From: Lingula anatina
Taxonomy: Eukaryota > Animalia > Brachiopoda
Assembly (NCBI GenBank): GCA_051362555.1
Contig: CM120641.1
Span: 31,750,401 to 31,814,400 of the forward strand
Direction of reading: 5' to 3'
DNA: 64,000 bases
Below the pieces are notes generated by a model. The model searched no databases, was not told the origin of the DNA, and saw only the letters and a program-made list of their open reading frames with translations. Shown one piece after another: positions 37,901 through 51,000 of this stretch. Position 1 is the stretch's first letter; each line of letters begins with the position of its first letter. The position numbers and the translations under genes are program-made.

Positions 37901-39236
37901 TACAGTAACTATGGACCTATCTCTGCCAGTTTTGGAGATAAAAGGGAAGCAAAATTTGCAAAGTTCAGTTCATGGTGAAAAATAGGTCAAAGGTCAATTT
38001 TAAGGTCATATTTAGATTGCCAGTATATGACTTCCTATTCAAGTTCAATAGTAACTATGGACCTATCTCTGCCAGTTTTGGAGATAAAAGGGAAGCAAAA
38101 TTTGCAAAGTTCAATTTATGGTGAAAAGTAGGTCAAAGGTCAATTTCAAGGTCACATTAAGATTGCCAGTATTTGACTTCCTATTCAACTTCAATAGTAA
38201 CTATAGACCTATCTCTGCCAGTTTTGGAGATATAAGGGACTAAATGTTATAATTTCGGAGTTACCTTAATGTGCCATAAATTTCCTACAGAAAAAATTAA
38301 TTAAAATAAAGAAAAGGTCATTTTGGTCAAAATTCTTGAAATGGGAGGTGCTCTGAAGTTCCAGAAGTTCAAATTTGATGAAATAATGTCATTTTTGACC
38401 ACAAGTTGTCTGCTTTGCCAAGCCTTATGTATTATTTTTCCAGAGTTCAAAATTTATTATCCATTACCGTACTGCACATTTTGCTTTCACCACCAATATG
38501 TACTTTTTGGTACAGCGTAACTCAAAAACCGTATGGAATACAAAAAAACGGAGACCACCTCCAGTGTTGGGCTTTACATGCTCTACAAAATGCAAAAAAG
38601 AATGGGTCTCTAGCATTAGCGGTTCCCGAATTAGAGACAGTTTTCAGTTTCGGTATCTTATGGCCGCTACACCCGTGAAAATGCACCGATTGACCCCAAA
38701 TTCACACAGATGAAAGATGACCTGAAGGGTAACATTTTCCAATAATATTATTGGTTAAGTCTGTGTGGTGTCTGAATAACAGCGCACATAAATTTTTTTT
38801 CGTAAAAAAATTCATTTTTTTGAAATATTTTGCCCGTTTGACCTTGAAATAAAGGTCAAAGGTCAAATCCAAGGGCATATTTGAAATCTACACATATGAC
38901 TTTTGGAAAGCCGTCTGTAGAAATTTTTCCCATAATTCCTTCCGTAGGGTAGATAATTAGCATTTAATTTTGCCATTTTTGGACAAGGGTGCATTGCAAT
39001 GAGTGCCACACCTAGACCCCAATACCGACAAAGCCCAAATTTTACGTGGAACGAGTTGAGATTATAGGTGACCTAAATCCAAGAGATGGGTATGGGGGCC
39101 CTTACCGTCTAGGAGGAGAAGCGGTAACGGTAACATGGCGGCGGAGCCGGCGGAGCCGCAGGAGCCGGCGGAGCCGGCGGAACAGACCGGACGGGACTAA
39201 AACCATGTGTACCGCCAGCGCTAACGCTGGTGGTAC
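34985..39236 (-). mobile_element. Non-autonomous Helentron-like family 2 (HINE-2), full-length, carrying a satellite array, inserted into a LINE
   Basis: Sub-terminal IR GTACCACCAGC/GCTGGTGGTAC, internal IR at 39209, (CCGCCGGCT)n microsatellite, 3' hairpin GAGGCG-N4-CGCCTC then CTAG|TTT. The LINE reading frame ELNIK|LNSSMEH resumes on both sides with no TSD. Confidence 0.88.
35195..38520. repeat. 146-bp tandem satellite array (17 monomers in blocks of 5+5+7, each block followed by a copy of an approximately 280-bp spacer)
   Basis: TAGGTCAAAGGTCA recurs at 35488, 35634, 35780; 36225, 36371, 36517, 36663, 36809; and 37254 to 38129. Confidence 0.95.
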
Positions 39237-39657
39237 AATTAAATAGCAGCATGGAACACATTTCAGTGTGGTGCAGGGAAAATCATATGGTGCCAAATAC
39301 AAAAAGAAAAAAAGCAATATTGATAATGGAGAAATTAATATGTATCCTGATGACTCTACAATTACCATCACTGATAAATCTGTACCAGAACTGAACATCA
39401 AATACAAAATAATACAAAAAGAAAAAAAGCAATGCTTATAACAACTAGAAAAAAAAAAAAAAAAAACGTGCAAAAGTACCAAAAACTGAACAGTAATTAA
39501 AAGCTGTGTTCAATGGGGACATTTTAGATAATGTACAATCAAAGAAACTTTTAGGTGTATATATTAATGAAAATCTTAGCTGGAATGACTGTGTATAAAC
39601 TTGAAAAAAGAATTTACAGTAAACTGTTCCTTCTATCCAAACTAAAACAATAATTAA

Positions 39658-39994
39658 AGGGATAATAACACTTCCTTTTGGCCAAAAAATGAATTTTCCA
39701 GGAGTAAACAACAATTTTCCCATACTTACCAATGGTTAATGAATCCATTTTTACATTCAAAGTTAGTCCCTGGTTTTTTTCTAAAAAGTTTGGTTTTTTG
39801 TTAAAATCTCTTAAGAGATTATAACAGAGTATAGCCAATAATGGAGGTCACGTGGTCTGAAGACAAGCTCAGATATCAGAATAATAGCTATAACTACTGT
39901 TTTTGTTGTAAAACAGAATATATTATATTTCTATGAGTTATTCACAATGTTTTTATTGTGAAATATAGACCTCATACGAAGAGTTATTATCCCT
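39658..39994. mobile_element. Kolobok-like MITE, 337 bp, inserted in a LINE remnant
   Basis: Same TIRs and TTAA TSD, opposite orientation. Confidence 0.85.
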
Positions 39995-41053
39995 TTAACA
40001 TTGGAAACAAGAAAACTATTTCATAGGGCATATATACTACCACATCTGGATTGCTGCTCCATTATATGGAGCAGCTGTGCAAAACTAGAAAACATACAAA
40101 CTTCAAAAATGTGGTACAACAATCATTCTTGATGTCCCAGAAAATGAGGCCAAGAAATATCCGTCAATTGAACTTTTCAAGAAACTTAAATGGCAAACAA
40201 ATTATGAACGGATAGAATTTATTAATAAGAAAGCCACATTAGATTTTAAATCTTTACAACGACTCTCTCCAAAATACATCTGGGACCAAGTGGTAATTAC
40301 AACCATAGACACTACAGGCAGAACCACCCAATCAAGCAATAAGGAAAATGTCTATTTATCAGTTGGCAGACCATAAAGGCATACTAACAAAAGGCCCAAT
40401 ATGGTCTTCGATCAAAATATGGAACTGCTTTAGCTCTGAAATAAAAAACTCTAAAGACTTGGATACTTTTGAAAAGTTGTTTTCAAGAAACCATAAGTAA
40501 ATTTTACGTATATGATTATTAAGTCATTTAATTAAGCTATTTAAGATTTTTATTAACGTAACGCCTTTTGCTTTATTCTTATCACTATTGTTATTCTAAC
40601 TCATTTCATTTTTACTTCATTATTATTTTAATTTCATAATTCATTCATCTTTTATTCATAAACACAATATTATATTCTAACCCCCAGAGGGCCATGTGTA
40701 AGATGAGTGTGTGTACTTAACATGTTTTTCCCTCTTTAAAGTTTATTATTATTATTATTACTATTGTTACAACTGGCTGATCACTGAGCATTCATTGTGA
40801 AACCAAAGCAATGCTTGTGCCTCCTTTCTGCAACCGAGGTGATGATTGTGCATCCTCTCTGCGTCCCTTGAGTGACCTTGCAGCATACATTCTCCATTGC
40901 ATTCTCTCTGCTACTGTTTTGAACATGCTCAAAACTTCACACAACCATGGCTTCCTCGGTGATGCCTGAATGTTCTTTGTGTGATCTTAGCGATCACCGT
41001 GTGTTCTTTGAGCATCCAACAGCATCCTGGCCATTTTATGGTTGCACAAAGGA

Positions 41054-41057
<4 letters not shown>

Positions 41058-41101
<44 letters not shown>
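41058..41101. repeat. (AT)n microsatellite
   Basis: Direct reading. Confidence 0.95.
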
Positions 41102-41103
<2 letters not shown>

Positions 41104-41967
41104 ACTAAGACCCCATTTCCATAGATTTTAGATCGATCTATCCCTGTGGGGAGTCTCACTAGATTACTGTCAGCTTAGCCGGCTTAAGCGTCTGTCCCGC
41201 CTCCAGATAGTTTGTTTTGAAATATATGCTGCATCGACTGTCAATTAAAGAACAAGACACTTTATCAACTGAAATAATTATAACAAGGTAAGCCCCCATC
41301 ATCCTGCAGGTGTGAAATCAATATTGTTTATGGCATATTCCTCTTGTAATATCTCATCAAAAGAACAATCGATGGGAGAATGCACATTATTCAATTTCCT
41401 GGACAATCTCTACCGAGACACTTCCTCACCCTTTTTTGATTGGCAATGGAAATCCGAATAAAAAATCCTTTTGCCAAGAGATGTTTTGCTCCCTCAGTTA
41501 TTTATTTCCTCACCTACTTTAGCAGTAGGCATAAGGGCAGATTAACATTACACACTGCTGAGGTACACTGTATTATGTGATTGACTTGAGCTTAAAATGG
41601 GGGTGCTTATGAAGAGGAGTTCCAGTTGTTTTTATACAATTTTTTTCATGTAAACAAAGGTGTACAACCACATCATTTTTGGTTTTTTTTGTTTATTCAC
41701 AAGGGTAGGACATACTTTCAGGTGTGTGTAACAAATTCAAAAATTGTTCCCTAGAGTCCTTAAAACAGGCTGGTTTTCAGACAAAGTTGTTTAAATTCTT
41801 AACATTTTTATGAATTTGAGAAAAATGTTTACTTTTTATGGTGCTAACAAGGAAAGTTCATAGAGGCTGAAATAGTGACAAGAGATATCTCTTCTTAAAT
41901 ATAAAAATATCAGTAGTCACATCTCACTGGTTATGTGCATGAGATTATTGTAGTCTGATAATGCAAG

Positions 41968-42048
41968 TTATCTGAGAAGAAGATTGTCAATGTACTCAAG
42001 GAATCTTCCATCTGATTGGTCTTTTGGAAACTTCCTAGCCATGGATAA
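41968..42048 (-). CDS. MPND: MPND last coding exon (LSMARKFPKDQSDGRFLEYIDNLLLR*)
   Basis: 81 nt ending in TAA. Confidence 0.88.
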   Translation of the reverse strand, partial: LSMARKFPKDQSDGRFLEYIDNLLLR

Positions 42049-45000
42049 CTAAAACAAGAAAAACATTCTTTATAATTAAACACCTAACTAAAACAAAAAC
42101 ATTCTTTCTTTATAATCAAACACCTTAGCAACAGCATAAAAATGTAAACATTAAACTACATGCCATGAACTTGGATAATTTTAACAAATAATCAAAATAT
42201 TCATGTACTTCATCATTCTTCAAACAGAAATAAAAACTTCCTACTATACAATATTCAAAGGATAATAATGGTGAAAAAGACCCATTCGTATTTTACAGGC
42301 TGCAGTGGAAATGAAAATCTGTTAATTCTTACTTTCAGTTTGTCTGCATATGTCGTTTGATGCAGCCAGAACTCCCTGAAGTTGATCATATCTGGTTTAT
42401 CTTGGTAATAGTCCACCAACATTTTCTAAGATGCAAAAAGGAACAATATGAGTCAAGTCCATCCATTTGGTGCAAAATGACAAAAGGCACTTTCAGAACA
42501 AGTTGACCTAGGGACAAAGTGGTCCGCTGATCAAATATGGTTAATCCAATTATCAGAAATGCGCATAATTCCCTAGAGGACTTCCTGCCTCCCACGTGCG
42601 CCATCCCTGCAGGGGCACAGCTATTAAATCTCAGTTCCACTTCAATCAGGGTGCAATTCATTTATATGCTGATGTTTGCCTTATTCCCTACACCTGATCA
42701 AAGTGAAGCTAAAATTTAATTGCTGTGCCTCTGGAAAGATGATGCATACAAGATAGGAGTTGATTAGGGTATTTTGCAGCATTGTTTTCATGGATCAGTT
42801 AGTCTGCAGATCAACATGTTCAGAATGCACCCAATATGTACATGCAGACGTGGTGCTAGGTCATTCATAAGTGTGTAAATAATACATCAAGGAAATCAAA
42901 TATATATATATATATATATGTTCAATTCACTTGAAAGAAAGTGCTCAACCTATGGTAGCTGGAATCTTATAAAGAAAAAATAAACAAAATGTCAAGATGA
43001 TGTACATGTAAAAACTCTTATGGTAAAAACTTGAAAATTTCGTCTCTTAAAACTCAATTAATATTTTAAATTGTGTAAATCCAACGATTTTTTCAAAATT
43101 ACATCTCCCAGACTCCTGGGTATAATGTAATTTTCAAAACTCCAACCTTCGGGCTTTTATCCTTATCGGCTTTTATCCTTGTCCCTCATATATTGTAGGA
43201 TATTTAATACTACTTCCTAAGTCACTTTCTGGTGGTAAATAATTATCTATTTTTTAGTGCATCTTAATTAAGTTATATTACCTTACCCGAAAAGTTGAGA
43301 ATTCTTTTTGGGAAGGAACATACCTCCAGATAGAGGAGAGGGATCAAGAATAGCCTAATAAGGAGTACCGGAGGAGATCAGCATTGGTCAGAATTGTGCC
43401 GGAAGTGTGACGTTGAGTGGTGTAAGATGCGAAGCCGAATGGTCATTTTTAACTGGAGGTGAACGAGAAGGCATGGACTCGGTGAAAAAAGCAGTTTTTC
43501 AAACAACATGGTAAGATAACATTTCTTCTTTACGCATTTTGGGAAGAAAATACTTGTAGAAATAATAGGCACATGATATGAAAACAAGACACAGAACTTG
43601 AAGGTGCAAAATCGTGCTTAATTTGCAGACAACTTGTTTTGAAATACATGCTGCATCAACTGCCAGTGCGACAAAGAGTGTAAAGGGAAAGGAATTCCCG
43701 GGAGGCTATAATCGTTATCATGTGGAATTTTGACATTTATATAATTTGATATGTCCATATCTAAGTATTTTTGGGTTTTTTATGGTATGTGCTGCAATTA
43801 TAATGATGTTTTAAAGTTTTTGAAGGACCTTGTGAAAACCAGGAAGTAGTTCGTAACTAACAACTGAATCGTACCAATCTACGACTGCTGTGCAAAGATG
43901 TATCTTTTTTTTAATATTGTTATGAATTTTTAGATCTTTATATGTCCATCTGACATGAAATTCCACACATATGATCACACTAATACACCTTTTACACCGG
44001 GTTAGGCACTAATCAGTGACAAATGCCAAGACAAAGGTGACAGTCTGACTGCCTAAACTTTGAACAAACCTAAAATCAGCCGGCTGGAGGTTTTTTATGG
44101 ATCATGAAATTCTACCAGTAAGCTTTTTGCACAATCTTGATTTTTGTAAATTTCCTACAGCTTAAAAATTGGCCATCGGGCTGTTTTCGGGCTCATAAAA
44201 ATCAAAGTCGGCAATGTAGCTCTAGTGTACCTTCACTTGAGTACCATGTACGTGTGTGGCCGTAAATGCAAAATAACGATCGATACAGTTGGATTGGATG
44301 CAAAACAACATTGTCAACACCATTCATCAAGATAACAGGAGAATCAATTAAGAACTGCAATTAATTGCCTTCTCTTCTCGCTCAGATCGTTAACACTGAC
44401 CGGTGTACAGCGAGGAGAGGCCGCACACGTGCATAAATCTCAGCCCGACTTCAACGGTGAAGGCGACAAACATGGTCACAGTGGACGCTAATCACCAATG
44501 AAGCCTACCTGTGCGCCACAGACACCGATCAACTGTCGTCTCGGCTTCAATGCACGGAGAGGAGAACCGTAACACTGACCTGGCTTCCATGGTGAAAGTT
44601 ATCTGGTCAGGGCAGACACTAATTGGTAGCCGCCTCTTGTCCTACCCCTCTTATTCTAAGTGCAAGGATTGTTTTCGAAATATGACACTACTTTCTGGCT
44701 GCCAGAATCGCCTTTGAAAAAAGAGACTACTGATTACGATGCTGTTTTGCGTACCTAGCCAACGGTACCGATGGTTATGTAGCACCTTGGGACATAAACG
44801 TAGTGATTGGTTAAAAGTATGTATATCCCTTGAGTTGCAATTACCGATACACATTCTTTATACAATATGGTAATTGATACGGAGATCATCCGGAAAAGAT
44901 AACAAATGGCCTGGCTACAAAACAGACAAATTCTGTTCAAAAATGACAGAATTTCATGAAATTTGAACATTTGGAATTTCTGATGCCTCCTATTTCATGA

Positions 45001-48000
45001 ATTTCAACCAAAATGATCTTTTCCTTATTTAATTAATTTCTTCTGTAAGAAATTCATGGCATATTACCGTATTACAATATGGACATATGCGAATATGAGA
45101 AAATGCTTCAAAAAAACACCACTGCTAAATACAGTAGAGCACCTGATGAAATAAAAAGATAAACAATGAAGCCAATTCATTGCAAGTAAGCTATAGCTAG
45201 AATTAGACAATTGCGTTGTGATCAAAGGTGAGAACAAAGCTTTATTACTGTCACAGATCACAAAGAAAATTTCCCCATCCATGTTCCATGCTAAAAGCAA
45301 CATTGGTGTAAGTAGTAAGCAAATCCTTGATAGAATGAACAAATAATTGTTGATAAAGACAAGAGTTAATCAGTGGAAAAACACTAATGTGGCCATAAAC
45401 CAGTTCAAAAGAATAACAAGTAAGGAAAATTGCACATTTTTATATTTGATATGGCTGGTTTCTACCTTTCAATCATCCATAATCTTTTTCACAATGCATT
45501 GGATTTCTGTCAAAATTGGCGCAAATCTCAGATGAAGAAAAGTAACACACGCCAAAACCACCCTACTCTTCCACAAACAAAGCCCATGGATTAGGAAAAA
45601 GGATCATACAACAGTGCAAAGTCATGTGAACTAGTTGGTTGATTTTTACTACACAAAATCAAGGACTTATTCTGCAGAGAAGTCTTTTCAAAGATGAGAG
45701 TATTGCGGATGTGGCTGTACATAAATATTAATCCATTTCATTCCATTAATGTAATGAAAATATAAAGAAAAGATATAATGAAAATATAATGAAAATATAA
45801 AGTGTCTTAGTTAACAAACTTGATCTCACCAATTCATTAACAATATCTTGTGTGATGTAAGTGTCCTGTGAGATGCTATAATTCATGGACATCGGCATGC
45901 CATAGTCATCCATTTTGTTCTGAAAAATAAAAATAACAAGTTAATGCAAAAAAAAATCTCAAATGTGCAGACAAAAAACAAAAAAATAATGTAGTACATA
46001 ATATGTTTTTTTGTCAATTTTGATGCAATAATATATTGTAATTCAAAAAATGTGACTAGCTAAAGCCTCCAAGCCCATGAAGTTTGAAGTTGCACCTTTA
46101 AAATTGCCATGATGAGAACAAGAAAAAAAGCTGCCTAAGTTCCAGAAAAATAATAACATCAGGCTAGTTTTCAAACTCAACCTTATTTTAACAATGCTGA
46201 TCACTCCTGTAAGTTTAAAGATAATAGATCAACTGATTTTCCACTTCTTGTGTTATCTGTATTGCATGTTCAAAATCAAGGCAGCAAAGCTGTCAAATGA
46301 ACAGACAAAAAGCAGAAAATAGTGATGCACAAAAAAGTTGTTTTTTTTTTGCCAATTTTGATGCAATAAAACATTATGCTTAACAGCAAAGCCAATGACA
46401 AATATTAATTATGCACAACAGGGAACACATATACATGGACATTCAGAAAATGAAATTATGATTTGGTTTCATGCCTCTGGGAATTGTAAGTCCCACAATG
46501 AAAATGGTGATATGTGAAAATTGAAAATTTTATGAAGAATTGCATTGCTTCCAAGAATGCAATCAGACTGGTCCAGAGTCTTTTCAGTAAGTTTGGGAAT
46601 CAAGTATATTAAATATGGTTTCTCTTTAATTGTCACTTTGGCATCAGTTTGATGCGATATTACATAATGCCTAACAGAATAATCACCACCAATTTTTAAT
46701 TATGCACTACAGGTAACTGCAGGTAACAAAGTCACACCTTGAAAATGCCAATAAGTGACAAAATAGGATTCCACAAAAAACTGAAGGACTTCAAGAAAAA
46801 GATTCCAGTTAGACTGGTTTCTAACTCAACCTGTATTTTAGTCATTTTTTTTTTCTGTAAGTTTGAGAATAATAAGGTACATAGTTTTCCTGAAATAGTC
46901 ATTATGTTGACAATGCCCAAAATAGGGTTTTCTTCATTTCTGATGCATTACAGCATAATGATTAGAAAAGCAGAGGTCTTCAGCCTCATCTGAAAATGTC
47001 ACATCTGAAAATGCCAAGATGTAAACAAGAAATAACTGCACTAAAATGAGTTTATTTCAATTATTAACACTTTATTATGTAATATATTATAACTAAATTA
47101 CTTTCATTTATATATGATCAACTAACACATTTTTTAGATGGAAAAATATCAAAAGAACAATTTTAAATGTCCAATTTGCTCCATTCTGAAATTCTGATCA
47201 TATGTGACAAACTGCACTGACATGAGTTTATTTCCATTTTTGACACTATTTCACAACTAGAGGATCAGAGAGACGACATTGCCTCCAGATATTGTACCAC
47301 CAGCTGGAGTAAGTGCATTCGTATGAAAAACCAAAAATGTGGACACCATCACCAGTGTTGTGATTGATAAGCTACACAAAATGCAATAAAGAAGAGTTCT
47401 CAAAATATGCCAAAGGCAGCAAAAAAAAAATAAATAAATAAATAAAACTTTTATTTAAAAAATGGTCTGATCAAGCTAATTTTCAAACACAGCATGTATT
47501 TTTGTAACACTTGTGTGATTTTCAAGACAATATGCCTATTGGTTTTCCTTGAACAAAACTAGTCTAACAAAATTGCTAAATGCTGAAGATGTCAAAAGAA
47601 CACTTTAATATATCTAATCAGTTCAATACTGAGACTGTTAACATGCCTTAGAATTAAACCTGAGGAAAAACCACTTATATACAAAAAAACTGCATTATAT
47701 CAAAAAAACTAAATTAATCATGCATATTTTGACACTTGATTATTATATAAATCAGTCCTGCAAGTTTTAAAGCAAAATATGAAACTGTTTTTCTTTTCAT
47801 TTGTATAAAAGTGGATAAAAAGGCACCATGACCAATTTATGAGAAATTTGAAAGACACTACATATCCATTCACTTGACTGAAAACTTCTAGCGCAAATAC
47901 ATATACAGGGGCACATTCTATACATCTGATATTTACATTATATACATCATTATATATTTTAAAAAGCTGAATGAAAAAAATTACTTACTTATAATCTGCA

Positions 48001-51000
48001 TTTAGCAGGACACTGTGCTAAATATTTATGATTTATATGGCTACAGAATTTTTTAAAAAAACTTATAAAGCCTTTTATGTATATTTGTCTTTTCATAAAC
48101 CTAACACTTATTTGATCTGTTTCTTTAATGTTTGCCTTTAGAGGGCATTCTCCGTTGCTTCTTCATCAGTACAATCATTGTGCACTATATCTAGCTTCCC
48201 ACATTAAATAAATTAAAATATTTAAACATGAAAAATAACCAATGATTTGTTGAACACTCAGCCATACATCCTTGTTTCTTGTTTGTTTTTTATTCTTCAT
48301 TTCTTAAAAGACATCAGTTGGATATTCCTTCTTTTCTGATGTAATTCCTTTCTCAAATTCACTGAGAAGAAATGACTTGACAGGAGAATCTCCAAGTTGC
48401 TTCAGTCCCCAACCAACTGGAACACTATCAGAGCTTAAGTCACCTGACATAGGACCTGTCACCCATACAGGTGTGGGCACTCTTGCTTCTCCCACTTGAG
48501 TGTGGGCCAAAAATGATGTGGTAAGTGAGTTTTAAGCTGGAGTTAAGGCATTTTACACTGCACTGATGCAACTGAAGGAATAATATATTCTCTAACGACA
48601 AGGCAGTTGGTTGCCCCCTGTGCTCTACCATAGCTGTCAAGAGCTTCCTTCTGGAAAGTACCCCCCCCCCCCCCTCCCCACGCCACACTGTAGGCTTTCC
48701 AACACTGAATGTGGCCTTTTTCTGAAAACATGAAATTATTGAAAGCAGTTTGAAGAATGGGCTCCCTATCATCCCTGACTTGACCCTGGATGCGAAGCAC
48801 ATTCAGATTTCATAAATGATTCTTAACGTGTCTGGTCCACTCCCAAAGCAAAATTCAACTCGTCTGATATTTGTAGGCAAGATTAAGTTTCCATGCTATC
48901 TTTTCTGCACCAGAAGCATATACTTTTCACACCGTTGTCTGGGGTAATCCTAGAGACCCTGCCGAAGTCCACCTCCTTCCACCATGTTGATTGTGAGAAA
49001 GCACGCAGAGTTGTAGACGAAAGTTTCAAACTATTTTCTTTATAGAACAATGAAAGACAAACTACAAAAGGAAAAATATACAACAAATATCCAATGTACT
49101 GGCAGTTTTTACAGATTATACCACCACCTACCTCTGGTGGGGGTGCCACCCAAAATGCATTGATTATAGTATCTTTTCTTGAATGGTGTACATCATATGC
49201 AGCTGGAAATATTCAACAACATCCATAAAACAAGCATTTATCTCATTCTAGTTAATTTAAAATTCATGACATATGAATAATGATTACAATTTATATCAAA
49301 AATCTAAATGAAATTGTGTATTTCCTAAAATCTTTTACGTAAAATATAGGCAACAATATTGGCAGACTAAAAGTTAGGAATTACTATTATTTTCAAGCCT
49401 AAACTTACAAGCAATGATGCCAAGGCAAGGCTGGTAGGAGTTTCCTGATCCCTTCAACTGGAGCTGATAGCTGAGCTGGCTCTCCACATCTCTGAGGGAT
49501 GGGTCAGCCTGGAATGTGGTGTGGCTGTGGTACCAACCCACCAACATTAAATCTCGATGGTCCATGTTCTGACGAATCTAGAATAGAACTGTAATATTCT
49601 GATACCAATATGGAGTGAAATTCAACCATTTTGGTTTTAATCTAGGGTGTATTGTATAATCTTAAGCAGAACTGAAGCAATATGATACCAATCTGGAGAT
49701 GAACATATATAAAAATATACAAAAAAGTACAGTGTCACCAATGGTGATACTTTCCTTCCAATGAGGACTTATGCTGAACATCTAGGGTTCACCTGAGCCA
49801 TATTATCTTAAAGCAGGGACGAGGTTTTTCCAACTATTTGTGGATTTCTGACATTTTGGGGTGGGGCCAAAATAGCATACCTGAGATCGATGCAGATCTT
49901 AAATAAAAATGGGGGGGGGGGGGGGGGGGGGGGGGCGTGATGTTTCCTCCGACGAGACCTTGCTTTAGCAGTTGGAAATCTGAACTTTGCAATACATAAA
50001 AATGAATATTGCCCCCCCCCCCCCCCCCCCATTTATTTGACATATTTGTTAATGTTTAATACCGTCCCACTGTCACTGGCTTTCAACAACCTGCCTTTTT
50101 TTTTACTATTCAGTTTCAGTCGACCTGTCTGCAGACAAAGAGTCAAGCCATTCAAATGTATTAGTTCAGCAGCAAGAAAAATGACAATAATGTGGACCTG
50201 CACATCTAATACAAATGGAAGAGGATGGGGTCCAAACCATTTTAGAATCATCAATTTTGAACACTTGCATCATTTATTTTTTACACCTTTGGATGATATG
50301 TTACATGTATATACTACAAGAACATGAACAACTAAAAAAGAAGGAAAGATTCATAAGATTTTAAATCTTGTTTGCATCAACATTGTAAAAAATGCATTTA
50401 AAATGGAATAAATATTGGTTTACATTCCTTAAATTGTCATTTTTTTTATTTGGCTAAAAATATTATAAGTTTGCTAAAAAATTTTTGATTTGGCTTAATT
50501 TTTTTCAGAAGTTTGGCTGAAACAAAAAAAAAACTAGTGCTACCCCAGTTTCACTTTTTATTTTCACCACCATGTTGTACTTTTTAATATAGCGAACTCG
50601 TAAACCGTATGCAAAACAAAAAAAACTGACACCACCTCCAGTGTTGCGCTTGACAAGCTCTACGAAATGCAAAAAAAAAAAATCTCCAGCATTTACTCCA
50701 GAATTGGTTTTCCATTTCGGCATCTAATGGTCACTTCTCCCGTGAAAATGCACCGATTGACCCCAACTCACGAGGATGAAATATGACCCTGAGTGTAACA
50801 CCTGTCCATATATTATAGGTTAGGCCTGTGAAGTTTCTGAAAATTAGCAGAAATATTTTTTTCCGCAAAAAATTCGTATTTTAGCATATTTTGGCCCATT
50901 TAACCTTGAAATAAAGGTCAAAGGTCACATCCAAGGGCATATTTGATATCTCCACATATGACTTTAGGTCAGCCATCTATAGAAATTTTTCCCATAATTC

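Larger units (their letters stand above)
34365..40770 (+). mobile_element. Degraded CR1/L2-group LINE reverse transcriptase remnant, split by HINE-2 and a Kolobok-like MITE
   Basis: NYRPISILPALSKLIERHVH, QSGFRKSFSCETAL, LDLRKAFDLV, YPDD (degenerate YADD), ILPHLDCCSIIW; frameshifted; (TTA)n tail near 40745. Confidence 0.85.

Noticed and set aside
35195-38520. CRISPR-like array
   Set aside because: Monomers are contiguous 146-bp units and the spacers are copies of each other; eukaryotic context with no cas genes
35974-38520. Three near-identical 65-aa ORFs (MVKILEMGGALKFQ) as a small gene family
   Set aside because: They start at TTG and are simply the triplicated spacer of the HINE-2 element
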